A stretch of DNA of 64,000 bases from Selaginella moellendorffii. Taxonomy: Eukaryota > Plantae > Lycopodiophyta. A program made the translations under genes and the position numbers. The notes beneath the pieces are model-generated. The model was not told the origin of the DNA and did not search any database. It worked only from the letters and a program-made list of their open reading frames with translations. The stretch lies in assembly GCF_000143415.4 (NCBI RefSeq), contig NW_003314270.1:2883668-2947667 (forward strand), in the 5' to 3' direction. Shown here piece after piece: positions 1-11,168 of the stretch. Each line of letters starts with the position of its first letter. Position 1 is the stretch's first letter.

Positions 1-552
1 TGATCTCTCTCCCCGCGAGCATGGACACCGTGTTGACTGTTCTACCATTTTTTGCTCGAGCTCGCTTCAAAGTCTCATCGCTGGCGGATGTGGCCATGTT
101 TATCTCCTGGGAGAGCACGTTTTGCAAAGGCCCTTGACTTCTTGCCTGGGCCTCGGTCTCCTCCTCGTCATCGTTGCTCTCGTCCAGGAACCACCTCCGG
201 CTCGCTCGAAGAAAGGCTCGAAATGCTCCAGGCCTTTCGTTCGCCATCACTCAATCTAAAAACGATATAATAGATCAATGGAAGCAGTAACGCGAAATCT
301 ATTCTACTATCTCTCAAACCAAGCAATCCGGATCGTCTAGACGAAGCGCTCCAGCTGAGAATGTCTCAAAATCTACCTCAATCCTCGAGCAGAACCACGA
401 AATCCTCGATCGACGCAAGAGATTACCTTCTTCTCCAGGCGCTGCATCAAATCCAATGCCGCTGCGGGAGAATGAACGAGCTTGCGCTCAAGAGCCCTAA
501 ATTGCGAAACAAAGACCTCCCTTTTACACCCTTAGCAGTAAAAACACTAATC

Positions 553-3324
553 TTACTTTACACCCTTGGAGGGAATTATCCCACGATACTCCATTGTGGC
601 CAGCACCTCCACTTCCTTGTCTCTATTCCCAGCCTCGCCGTACATCCTCGCTAGAAGCACGTACGGACTGGGATTCCCGGGCTCTATCCTCATCAGCGCT
701 TCCGCGGCTTGAGCTCCCAGCTCCAAGTTTTTGTGGATCCGGCAAGCTCCCAAAAAATTCGTCCAGATCTTCGCGTCGGCCTTGCAAGGCATGTTGTTGA
801 GAAGAACTCGAGCTTGATCCATCTCTCCGGCTCGTCCCAGGACGTCGATCATGGAGCCATACTGCTCGGAAGTTAGCGTCACTCCACACTCCTTTTCGAC
901 AAAGATGAAACACTCCCAAGCATCGTTTGCGAGGCCTGAGTGTCCGCAAGCCGAGAGGAGCGTCGAGAGCGTCATCCTGTTTGGTTTGACGCCCTCCATT
1001 CCCATGTATCTCAGCATCTTCACGGCCTCTTTGCCGCGGCCGGACTTGGAGTAAGCCGCGATCATCGACGTCCATGCCGCCACTCCTCGCTCGCGGAGAG
1101 AGTTAAAGACGCTTCTCGCCTCGTCCAGGCTCCCGCACTGGCCATACATGTTGACGAGCTCGTTGCCAGCGACGGGGTTGTGCTCGCCTCCGGCTGCCAG
1201 GAGCTGGGCTTGGATCTTCCTGCCTTCGCGGAGGGAGTTCTCCAGCGAGCAAGCGGCGAGCATGCTGACGAGAGTGATCTGGCTCGGTTTCACGCCTTCC
1301 AGCTCCATCTGCCGGAACAAAGACAGAGCTTTGCTCCCCTGTTCCTGCTCGATGTAGCCTCGTATCATCGATGTCCATGAGACGACGTCTTTGCTCTCCA
1401 TTTCGTCAAAGAGGCCTCTTGCTCTCTCCAGCTGGTTGTGCTTCCCGTAGACTTTTACCAGAGCAGTGCAAAGTAGAGCGCTGGAATGCGTGTGGCCTTC
1501 GGCTACGACGCGTTCGTGGAGAGCTTCCAAAGTGGCGCTGGAGCAGGCGTCGAGGAGGCTCATGAACGTGACAGACGTCGGCTTCACTCCCTCGAGTTCC
1601 ATCCGGCGGAACAGCGAGAATGCTTCCCGGCTACGACCGTCTTCCGAGGCTGCGGCTATCATAGTTGTCCAAGTAACAACATCCTTGTTCTTCGCGCTCT
1701 CGAAGATGTCTCTTGCCTCGTCGATGCAGTGGAACTTCAGGCACATCCTCAGGACAGCGTTGTAGAGGAAGTCGTCCACCTCAACCTCCCCAGACGTAAA
1801 AATCCGGTTTTGCATAGCTCGCGCGCTTGCCTCGTCGTCGATGGCATCCACCAAGCTCGTGAAAGTGATGTTGTTCGGCTTGACGCCTTCCAGATCCATC
1901 TCTTGCAGAGCCACCAGAGCTTCGTCAGAGTAGCCGTTTTGTACATACGCTGCGATCATGGCGCTCCACGAAACAACGTTCCTCTTGGGCATTTTTCCCA
2001 GCAGCTTTCGTGCGTAGGCAACAGCTCCCAGCCTGCCAAGCCTGCTGATAAGTGAGTTCTCAAAGCGTAGTGTATCTTTGAGCCCGCTCTCTCGCAGTTT
2101 CTTGTACACCTCCTTGGCCTTGGTAACGCTATCACACGTCCCAAGCAGGCTGATAAAAGTATTCACATCGGTTGCTTGCGAGAAACCACGGAAGCGATTA
2201 AATACCTCCACTGCGAGCTTGTGCTGGCCTTTGAGTGCATGCGCCGCGATCATCTTGTTTACCGAAGTCGGCCCAATGCTCTGGAAGCTGTCGAAGATCT
2301 TCTTCGCTTCCTCAAGCTCCCCGCACCTTGAATACATATCAAACAGTGAGACCTTAAGATTGTGAACGTTGCAAAGTCCTACCTCTGCGATCATGCCGTG
2401 CACTTCACGACCGTACTCGAGCTCTCCAAGCTCCGCACAAACCCCGAGGATAGTCGTGAAGATAATCAAGCTCGGCTCCCAGCCCGCTCTCCACATACTG
2501 TCGAAGCAACGCATCGCGTCACGCAGCCTCCCACACTTCGCAAAGGCCGTCACCATAGCCGAGTAGCTCGTCAGGTTCTTGCAAGGAATGGTCTCGAAGA
2601 CAACAACAGCGGTGTCCAGCAGCCGAAACTTTCCATACATCTTGACGAGCGAGTTCGCCACCTCCACCAAGGAACCATAGCCCACCTCTTCGATCTGCGA
2701 GTGTATCATCCTTCCCTGCGGAACAGCGTCAAAGCTCCCACACACCGCCACCAGCGTCGTGAAAGTCCTCTCCTGGGGCCTCACACCGTGCTGGAGCATC
2801 CGGTAGTAGATCTCCAGCGCCTTCTTACAATGCCCATTCACGGCATTTGCCGCGATGAGAAAGCTCCAAGTGTGGCCATTCTTCTCCTTCATCCGCCGGA
2901 AGACCCTGTTCGCCTCCCTCACGCTCTTGCACAGCCCATACATCTGGATGAGGAGATTGCCGAGGTAGACATCGTCCCCGCGGCCATGGCTGACAATGTG
3001 CTCGTGGATTCTCCTCCCATCTTCCAGCGCCGCGGGGCCGCAGCAGCGCTTGAGGAGGCACGTATAGGCGCCGGAGTCGACCATGTAATCCAGCTGCTTC
3101 ACCGCGGCACCTAGATTCACGAAGTGATCGCTCTCGGGCGTCGCGCGGCGCTTGTAGAGGGGAAATTTCCTCTCGGGAAAGACTACATTCTGTGCTAGCT
3201 CCAGGGATTCGTCGCCGCCAGGAGGAGAGGATCGAGGGAGCCTGACCTGTTGCGCGGCAGTGGAGATCATCCGATGCCCTGCCGCTCCATGGCGACGGAA
3301 TACCAGGACCGATCGAGAGCACAT
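553..3324 (-). CDS. PLS-class pentatricopeptide repeat protein with E domain (no DYW), probably organelle-targeted RNA-editing factor
   Basis: Intronless ORF. The track start at 3342 is TTG; the first ATG is at 3324. Repeated PPR motifs (VVSWSAMIAAYVQNG, VVTWTTMIAA, VKPNxITFxSLLDAC) and an E domain (YGSMIDVLGRAG...WTNFLGAC...EPGNPSPYVLLARMY); it ends near the PG box. The Arg/Ser/Ala-rich N-terminus resembles a transit peptide. Confidence 0.93.
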   Translation of the reverse strand: MCSRSVLVFRRHGAAGHRMISTAAQQVRLPRSSPPGGDESLELAQNVVFPERKFPLYKRRATPESDHFVNLGAAVKQLDYMVDSGAYTCLLKRCCGPAALEDGRRIHEHIVSHGRGDDVYLGNLLIQMYGLCKSVREANRVFRRMKEKNGHTWSFLIAANAVNGHCKKALEIYYRMLQHGVRPQERTFTTLVAVCGSFDAVPQGRMIHSQIEEVGYGSLVEVANSLVKMYGKFRLLDTAVVVFETIPCKNLTSYSAMVTAFAKCGRLRDAMRCFDSMWRAGWEPSLIIFTTILGVCAELGELEYGREVHGMIAEVGLCNVHNLKVSLFDMYSRCGELEEAKKIFDSFQSIGPTSVNKMIAAHALKGQHKLAVEVFNRFRGFSQATDVNTFISLLGTCDSVTKAKEVYKKLRESGLKDTLRFENSLISRLGRLGAVAYARKLLGKMPKRNVVSWSAMIAAYVQNGYSDEALVALQEMDLEGVKPNNITFTSLVDAIDDEASARAMQNRIFTSGEVEVDDFLYNAVLRMCLKFHCIDEARDIFESAKNKDVVTWTTMIAAASEDGRSREAFSLFRRMELEGVKPTSVTFMSLLDACSSATLEALHERVVAEGHTHSSALLCTALVKVYGKHNQLERARGLFDEMESKDVVSWTSMIRGYIEQEQGSKALSLFRQMELEGVKPSQITLVSMLAACSLENSLREGRKIQAQLLAAGGEHNPVAGNELVNMYGQCGSLDEARSVFNSLRERGVAAWTSMIAAYSKSGRGKEAVKMLRYMGMEGVKPNRMTLSTLLSACGHSGLANDAWECFIFVEKECGVTLTSEQYGSMIDVLGRAGEMDQARVLLNNMPCKADAKIWTNFLGACRIHKNLELGAQAAEALMRIEPGNPSPYVLLARMYGEAGNRDKEVEVLATMEYRGIIPSKGVK

Positions 3325-3562
3325 CCGTTTAAACCCTAGCAAAGAGCTAACGAACTTGACCGTTTACTATGACTTTTACTTGACAACGTTGACTATCATT
3401 GACTTCGAATTACTAGCGGCGAGGAGAGCTTCCTCCACAAAGCCGGGACCGGGCCCAGGTCGATCGATCGAAATAGAGATCGATTTCAAAACTCAAGGCC
3501 CGGAGACTTCGAGCTCCATCTGTAGCGACTTTGCGCTCTGAAAAAAAGATTTTAGGTGGGTC

Positions 3563-3619
3563 TCTGGCTGTGGATTCGAACCTGGAACCTTACCAACAAT
3601 TTTCTTTATTCTAGCCAGA
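3563..3619 (-). promoter_or_regulatory. B-box-like (GGTTCGAATCC) mini-element with 7-bp terminal inverted repeats upstream of the PPR gene
   Basis: GGATTCGAACC at 3572-3582, flanked by TCTGGCT (3563) and AGCCAGA (3613). A telo-box AAACCCTA lies at 3331. Confidence 0.35.
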
Positions 3620-3654
3620 TATCCAACAAGTTCCCAAAGCTTCTTAACGTATCT

Positions 3655-3890
3655 CTAATTTTGACATGAATCGCAGTCTCTCTCATTGGGCGGGCATGGC
3701 GCAGAACTGCCAATCCTTTTCACCTCGTTGTCCGTGAGAGGCTTCGTGATCCCCGTGCACGACCCTCCCGTGTTCCACGACCCCCCGATGTAGTGATCCG
3801 GCGAGAACGTCCGAAAAACCGTGAGTCCCTTGTAGCTCCGGCTGGCGGCGATGGCGCTCACGGACAGAGTAATTTCTGTAGAGAAGTTGC
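3655..3890 (-). pseudogene. Trichome-birefringence-like (PC-esterase) gene fragment
   Basis: Translation YKGLTVFRTFSPDHYIGGSWNTGGSCTGITKPL matches the TBL RTxSPxH...W..GG.C segment. No GDS motif or DCxHWCLPG is visible. Confidence 0.7.
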
Positions 3891-4499
3891 TCATCAAGGC
3901 ACCTAATCTCTTGCGAAGTGTTCTTTGGAAGAGCTCCAAGTTTCCTAGCAATAACAAGGAAAAAGATTATGAGCATTTATTCACTTGCAAAACTCCACAG
4001 CACAGATCAGTACCCGAGATTCAGGCATTGGTGAGAAGTATCACATGAGAGTTTAGGAGTGTTTGTTAGCAAAGATGTTGCAGATTGGGGATCTTAAACA
4101 GCTGCTAGTGCCCAGTGATTGAGTACTTAACTTCAAAGCTGTGACGAAGATTAACCTTGACAAATGCAAAGAGTTTTTGTTAGAATGGATCAAAGATCAT
4201 CTTGCTGAGAAATCCAGGCAAAATGCATGAAATCTCTAGATAATGCTTGTAGTCTGACAGGACAGTTGAAGAGCAATACTCAATTCCATGCAAAAGTTCT
4301 GCTAGCAAACACTCCCATGTCACCAGTGACAAAGTCAATCCCTCTCATTCTCTTTCCCATTCCAGAAACTCTCAAAAACTAAAAGTTTTAGTTGGGTCTC
4401 TGCCAATAATTTTTTTTATCTACTGAGGTAACTCAGATTTGAATCTAAGATCTTTCGTTTGTTTTTACTGTTATTATGATTTATGAGGTTCAAGTGTAT

Positions 4500-5388
4500 G
4501 GACGCACTCCGGATGATTTCTTGCTGCGTTTGGTCCGATCTTACAGCGATTCCAAGAATTTGGCAGAGGCACGCTCACATCGCTACAACAAGGCATCGAG
4601 ACAACGATCAACTCATCCGCATGTATGGCAAATGCGGCAGCCCGGAGAATGCCCCGAAGAGCCCTCGCCAAGCCCAGGCATTGCGCGTGGAATGTAACCA
4701 TCGCGGCGCTTGCCGAGAATGGGCGCCTCGAGGATGCGAGAAACCTGTTTGATCGACTCAAGGCCCAGATTCCATATCGTGGAGGAAAATGATAGACCAC
4801 GACGCCCGCGCCGGCTATCTCGACCGTTTGCACGACATGTTTGAGAGAATGGGCGACCGGGATGCCGTGTGCTGGAACTGCATGCTTACATCTAATGCCC
4901 AGAACGGGCATCTGGAGTTGGCAAAAGAACTCTTCAAGATAATGCCACAAAGAACCACCGTGACGTGGAGCACGATTATAGGCTCCTTCGCGAGGTCAGG
5001 AAGGTGGATGATGCTTACACCTGGATTCTTTCATGCCAGCGCGAGATGCAGTGTCGTGGATTCTGGAAATCACAGTGCTTGCCCAAATGGGGCATATAAA
5101 CTGGCCACGTCCTGCGCTAAAAATGGTCAGTTTGACCGTTGGAACGTTATGCTCGTAGCACATTCCCTTAAAGGGCTGGACTACTTGATCAATCCCACGG
5201 TTAATGGATCCCGGGGAGCTCATTGCCAACATGGCCTGAAGTTCATGCATCGTGTGCATCCGTTTACGTCTCGATCTCAAATGCTAGAAACGTGTGATCA
5301 TATTGTATTTCACGAAAGTCTTTTCGCAAATGAACAGAGTTTTTTGCAATTTGTGTACACGTTAAAAGAGTAGAAGACTTTTTGGACA
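4500..5388 (+). pseudogene. PPR pseudogene, third copy of the family at 25.2-26.1 kb and 44.8-45.7 kb (opposite orientation)
   Basis: Frameshifted PPR pieces (LIRMYGKCGS; DAVCWNCMLTSNAQNGHLELAKELF). Clear nucleotide homology to the reverse complement of 44770-45700. Confidence 0.85.
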
Positions 5389-5395
5389 AAAGCGA

Positions 5396-6502
5396 ATGAC
5401 CTTAGCGGGGAATCAGCCAGAGCACTCGAGCTTGCTGGAGACCATGTTGATCATGGTGAGATCAAAAGTTTTGCTACTGGCAGGTTTGATTGTTGCATCA
5501 AGCACTTTGGTTTCTCTAGTTGTTGTCTCCAACTGGCACTCTGTCACGTACTTTCTCCGGCCGTTATGGGACACTCCTCCCAAGCCTTTCAACATGATCA
5601 CTCACTACTACGCCCAAAACCTGTCAATGCAAGAGCTCTGTGGCTTGCATGGATGGACTCTCAAGCAAACTCCCCGGCGCGTCTTCGATGCCGTGATCTT
5701 CAACAACGAGATCGATCTCCTGGAGATCAGGTGGAGAGAGCTGGATCCGTACGTGACCAAGTTCTTGCTGATCGAATCCGACGGCTCTTTCACTGGCAAT
5801 TCAAAGCCTCTGTTCTTCAGAGACGCTCGCAACAAGAGCGACCGATTCGCCTTCGCCCAGCACAAGCTCGGCTATTCCGCCGTCCCAAAAGGCCGGAGTC
5901 CCCACCCCTTCGACAACGAGTCGCGGCAGCGGGGCTTCATGAACCTCTTGATCCAACAATCCGGGATCCAACCGGGAGACCTCTTGATCATGTCCGACAC
6001 TGACGAGATCCCCAGTGGCCACACCATAGATCTCCTCCGGAGCTGCGACGGACCCCCACCGATCCTTCACTTGCAGCTCCAAAACTTCCTCTACTCGTTC
6101 GACTTCCTCGTGGACACCGGGAGCTGGCGGGCATCCGTGCACGTCTACGGCTGGAACAAGCAGTATGGGCACCACCGATGGACGGACGCGATGCTGGCCA
6201 CGTCGGGGTGGCACTGTAGCTTTTGCCTCCGCACGGCCCGGGACATCGCCTTCAAGATGATGTCCTACAGCCACGCCGACCGGGTCAAGCGGGCGGAGTT
6301 TCTGGAGGAGAGAAGGATCCAGGGGATTGTGTGCCGGGGTGGGGACCTGTATGGAATGCTGCCCGAGGAGTATTCATACAGGGAGCTCATCCACAAGATG
6401 GGCGATGTACCCCGGAGCTTCTCTGCTATCCATCTGCCGGCATTCCTGCTTAGGAATGCCCACCGTTTCAAGTTCTTGCTCCCAGGGAATTGTATCCGGT
6501 GA
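5396..6502 (+). CDS. GT17-family beta-1,4-N-acetylglucosaminyltransferase-like protein
   Basis: 368-aa ORF with an N-terminal TM anchor, [34 protein letters not shown] (DxD), [15 protein letters not shown] and FLLPGNCIR, all typical of plant GT17. Confidence 0.92.
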   Translation: MTLAGNQPEHSSLLETMLIMVRSKVLLLAGLIVASSTLVSLVVVSNWHSVTYFLRPLWDTPPKPFNMITHYYAQNLSMQELCGLHGWTLKQTPRRVFDAVIFNNEIDLLEIRWRELDPYVTKFLLIESDGSFTGNSKPLFFRDARNKSDRFAFAQHKLGYSAVPKGRSPHPFDNESRQRGFMNLLIQQSGIQPGDLLIMSDTDEIPSGHTIDLLRSCDGPPPILHLQLQNFLYSFDFLVDTGSWRASVHVYGWNKQYGHHRWTDAMLATSGWHCSFCLRTARDIAFKMMSYSHADRVKRAEFLEERRIQGIVCRGGDLYGMLPEEYSYRELIHKMGDVPRSFSAIHLPAFLLRNAHRFKFLLPGNCIR

Positions 6503-6692
6503 AGGAAAGCTCAAGAGCTCAAAATGCCAAATCAGTCCAAAGACTGTATTGACTTCTAATTGACTACCATTCTGTCTAAAAGGTCTCCGGTGCCCTCTAG
6601 ACCTCCTTTATTTCCTCCATGAAAGCTTTGGATCTTAGTAATAATACACGTTTTTCGAGGTACGAGTGTGGGTATTTGTGATAGCCTTGTGA

Positions 6693-8818
6693 TTAGTGCT
6701 TCTTCTTAAGAAACTTAGCATACCAGTGGGCTGATTTTTTGGGAATGCGCTTTAGATTGTTGTCATACTGAATGTGAATAATTCCCATGCGCACAGTAAA
6801 TCCCGATATCCATTCCCAATTGTCAAGGAAACTCCACACGAAGTATGCTTGGACACGGCATCCATCCCTGCGATAATCACTCTGGAAACTGGATATCAAA
6901 TTATCAATTAGTCTTACCGTATTGCTCCTACAAGGTTTGTTAAGTACGCTTTTAAATAGTCGATCCTGGTCTGATCATCCAGCTGCTGTGCTAAAGTATT
7001 TGAACTATTTGTAATATCACTGATCCCTGCGATGCAAATTATGCTCTTTTGAGCTGATGAGCTACATCAAGTAATCCTGTTATATATATCACTGAAAATG
7101 GTACGTACCAGCAAAGATTTTTATTCTTCTTCCTGATCCCAAAAGGAACAACAAAGAAACTATTGACGTTCCTCCCTATCAGCTTGCCATTCTTTCTATC
7201 TGAAAAGGGATATCAATTGTTGATACTAACCGATCAATCATACTAATACTCACCTAGAAATGCATAGTCAACATCTTTGTAGTAAGCATTTTGGTAGATT
7301 GTTTGGGGCGAGCTGAGGAGGTCTCCTTTAACACGAATGTTATTTGGCTTGTCTTTTACGTAGACGCTGAAGTAGTGATTGATGCCAATGAAATCACACG
7401 AGCCCTTCAGCCATTTCTTCTGCTCGGCTGTGAACTTTGGCAGCCTGCTTCCTGCTTTGGAGGTCATTGCTGGTGGGTACTCTCCATACGTGACAGGATG
7501 CAGCATACTAAAAGGTAAAAATGTTAAAAGATAATACCTTGTTGATTTTACCATCCAAGTTCGAATTCCATGGCTCTTTCTGCTGCAGCTTTGTCTTTCT
7601 TGGAGCTAGACACGGGTTCCAGCCATTTTGAATCGAGTGTGATACCAATTGTGCCTTTCTGGCTAGCCTGCAAATTCACTCGTGAACCTTTGTATTAGAA
7701 TTCCTTATCAGACCTTGTAACGTTTGGTGTAGATCTCTGTTGCTTTTGCATGGGCGAGGAGCAAATGGTGAGTGACAGCGTACGGCTCCGTCGACGAGTC
7801 ACCGCCCGTACAGTTTCCAATCTCCGGGGAGCATCTTCCGGGAGCAAGCAGACCGACACCATAGCCATAGAAAGCGAAAGCGTGGGGCTCGTTGAGTGTG
7901 ATCCAGTCCTTGACTCGGTCGCCAAATGCTTTGAAACATGCCTCCGCGTAAACTCCAAAGTCAACCCTGTTAATTCCACGGCGTTGCTGTACATGGCTCA
8001 TAGAACTTACACAATTTGGGGGCTCAAGAATCCTCCATAAGATTTTTCCAGCGCGTAGGGAACGTCCCAGTGGAAGAGTGTCACATATGGTTTCAAGCCT
8101 ACAGTCTCATGAATCCAATCAAAAGGTGCCTGCCTTCTAAAACACGAGTAACCTTTGTTAAGGAGTGCATCGATAACGTTGTTGTAGTGCGCGATTGCCT
8201 TTGGATTGACGTGCTGAGTGCCATCTATGAAGCAAGATTAATTCAAAGCTTACATGTATATCAGTTTTTGGCATCGGTGTGAACACAAATTACCAGGAAA
8301 CATGCGAGACCAAGCAATGGAGAGCCTGTATGCATCTGCATTCAAGCTATGAAGCAAGGAAATGTCTTCCTGCAAGGTTGAACTGATTACTCGCACTAGG
8401 CTTTGGAAATTGAATTTAAAGCAATCACACCTTGTAGCGATGGTACTGATCGCTGGCAACATCTGCTGTGCTTTTATCCACTATCTTGCCTGCATAAATC
8501 ACACAGACTTGAGTGCTATGGCTATGGGATCATCGAGATTTTACCAGGGATATGCGCGTAAACATCCCAAATGCTGGGTTGTCTTCCATCTTCTCTAGCT
8601 GCACCTTCATACTGCCAGAGCAATACAATGCAATAGCTTTGAAATAATCGCACTCGCTGGGATAGTTTCTTTATCACCTGATAAGCAGAGGATGCAGCGC
8701 CAAACACAAATCCTTTTGGGAAGCTGTCCCTGCTCAGAACATCCTGCATGTTATGAGATGCATTGCTGCAAATGCAAAGAAGCAACAAGATCACAGATGG
8801 GAGCTGTAGACCCATCAT
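6693..8818 (-). pseudogene. Glycoside hydrolase family 1 beta-glucosidase, 12 exons, disrupted by an internal 75-bp inversion plus a small deletion
   Basis: Signal peptide, [35 protein letters not shown] (acid/base), GINHY, WSFLDNWEW and GT-AG introns. The nucleophile segment LMSYIK..NPVIYITENG|gt reads on the opposite (+) strand at 7054-7128. Confidence 0.85.
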
Positions 8819-9599
8819 GGATGAATTCCAAGCAACCAAGACGATGAAGATCGTATGTGGTTGTTTTTTAACCAAGAACATGTAATAATAAAATAACGCT
8901 GCACATGGCCTCAAAAATCATGGACAGTAGGTGGTTGACATAGGTCTATCACATTTACTTCTCCTTCTCTTTCACTGTAAAAGTAGGGACATCAGGATGA
9001 CGTTATTACACGCTCACTTTCTCGCTGAAATGAGACGTGGGGGATGAAAAACGTGGGATGAAGGGAATAGAAATTGGCATCGACAGTATAATACTAATGT
9101 AAAGTTTTTCAGCGTTGGCATATACGATTTGATGAGCAAAGGTATGTTGCAAGACTACTATCCAAAATGGTAAGTTACAAATTTTCTAATAGTATAAAAG
9201 TAAACTCATTAGTAGCAGTTAGAGGTTCTCTTCCTGAGCTTTGAATCCTAGCAGCTATTTCTCCAGAGAAGTGTTCACTTACACATTACACCGTAGCGCT
9301 GGCTGATAAATTAATGGTGGTTGGAAGGTCTTCCTCCATTGGATATGTTTGAAATCCACTTCGGATTATAAAAGTACTCTTAGAGACTTTTTGGCTATGG
9401 TAGAGTATGTGAATTGGAGTCTCGTGCTGCTAGTGGGCACTACATGATCTCAGTAGAATACATCCACACACAAACAGGAATCAGGCTTTTTTCTTCTTTT
9501 CATTTTTGCTTCTTTCGCAAGACGCATCAATAACACCCCTTGTAGTGTATAATGTCCACTTGTGGAGAAGGGGTCCTCAATCTTGGACTTTTTTTATTT

Positions 9600-10500
9600 T
9601 TATTCTCCAGCCTACACAATGTCACGTCCTGTAGCGGTTCTAAAATGGGCGTAAGCCTGGGCGATCCACACTAGGTCAAAGCCTTTACTGTGATTGCCCT
9701 TGCTCGTCATGCTGTTCCCAAGCAGCTCCTGCCATGTCCTTTATCACTGCCCTGCTGCATCCCAAGAAGTCCCCTACTGATCCGCCGCCCGATCCTCTGT
9801 AACAAACCCCTCCCCGCCACGTCAGATCTCCTTGCCGAGTCATCCCTCCACGTGTTCTGCCTCGGGCTCGTTATACTACAACGTCCTCCAATCCAGTACA
9901 TGCCACATAGTCAACTAGGGCTGACTTACCGTCAACGTGGTCAACAGCGGTGAAGATCTGCGTGTTTGGGAGCCAGTGGCACGAGTAGAGCTGGAAGGGA
10001 AGCATAATTGAATGGCACGGGACGTTGGGCTCCTCGTCGCCAGCTGGCGTTGTTTTGCTGATCTTGTCGACTTGACCGCTGGTGGCGTTGAAGATGAAGG
10101 CGAGTCCTTGTGGGAGGATGGTCTGGATCACTTTCATGGAGCTCGTCCCCAGCTTGGAGACGATGAATTCGTGCATGGACTTGATCGAGGAGACGCAGGT
10201 GTGGTGCGGGGCGAGGTTGATGGACATGTTGGAGCCGTCTCGGACTCTGAACATCTTATTGAGCTCGTTTGCGCGTAGGACTTCTCACTACTGGGCCAAC
10301 AAGATCAAGGACGGGAGCTTTGAATCTAGCGACGCCGCTAGCTTCTGCTCGAAGGACGACGCTTCGATAGCCGACCTCACCTTCGACAACTACGAGCTCT
10401 CGACATCTCCGCGTAAACAGAAAACAAAGAAAACTTGAAGGAATATCAAAGAGAAACAACGAATTTTGCCCGTCCAAGGACGAAGAATGTGCACATGGAG
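9600..10500 (-). pseudogene. BURP-domain pseudogene (tandem duplicate of 11169-12140)
   Basis: Collinear homology to the intact BURP gene with many small deletions, a deleted start codon region, an inverted segment at 10281-10409 and an insertion at 9630-9880. Confidence 0.88.
9630..9880. mobile_element. 251-bp TGTAG...CTACA element (solo LTR-like) with 6-bp TSD ACGTCC
   Basis: ACGTCC at 9624-9629 and 9881-9886, with inverted termini TGTAG/CTACA. Removing it restores homology to the 3' end of the BURP CDS. Confidence 0.8.
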
Positions 10501-10627
10501 CATTTGGTATATATGCGAGCATTTTCCTTCCAATGGTTGGATCTAGCTAAGTTGATAGTTTAAAAAACTTAAGCACACAGTGTAATACTTGTTACCAACG
10601 ATACCTTTGTATCTGTTCGAGCTGACT

Positions 10628-10702
10628 TCATACGCAGTAAGATGCGGAGGATGATAAATCAGCAAGAACCTGAGGACAAGCTTTGAATGTAAGATAAATT
10701 AG
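10628..10702 (-). other. Duplicated PA200 terminal exon with its splice acceptor
   Basis: cag|GTT CTT GCT GAT TTA TCA TCC TCC GCA TCT TAC TGC GTA TGA (VLADLSSSASYCV*) is homologous to 12337-12410. Confidence 0.85.
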
Positions 10703-11168
10703 GCAAAGAAAATCCCATGTCCATCTATCTATCTATCTATCTATCAACATGTTGTTGTAATTGTAACAGGGAGGGAATGCTTTTTAAGAGCTGACAGCAC
10801 CGTGCCACACGATCAGCGCAACGACAACACAGAGCTTGGGGGCCTCTGCAGAACCTCCATTACGTTAGTATTGGAGAAAGAATTGCCATGTGTGCAACAC
10901 CAACTCTCCTACATCCGCTGCTGGCCACAGCTGTGACAGCAATCGTGCTCGTGGAGTTCTGGAGAGATGAGAGTTTGGCCTGAGAGTTGAGAGCTTCGCC
11001 TATGTTTCAGTCCCTAAGGGACATTGTTTGTGAATATATGCCCCCATTAAGCTATTCCACACCTTCTGAGAATACTAATTATCTTGTGGGATCTTATAAT
11101 ACATACATTATATGAATACTTATTCTTTTCAAGGGTCAAAAAGAAAAGAAGAAAAAGTATTAATCCAT

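Noticed and set aside
594-3322. Long antisense or alternate-frame ORFs over the PPR gene (also over the GT17, BURP and NRL genes)
   Set aside because: Expected shadows of GC-rich coding sequence.
7054-7128. Reversible phase-variation switch at the GH1 inversion
   Set aside because: The flanking inverted homology is only about 2 bp, and a frameshifting deletion inside means re-inversion alone would not restore the enzyme.
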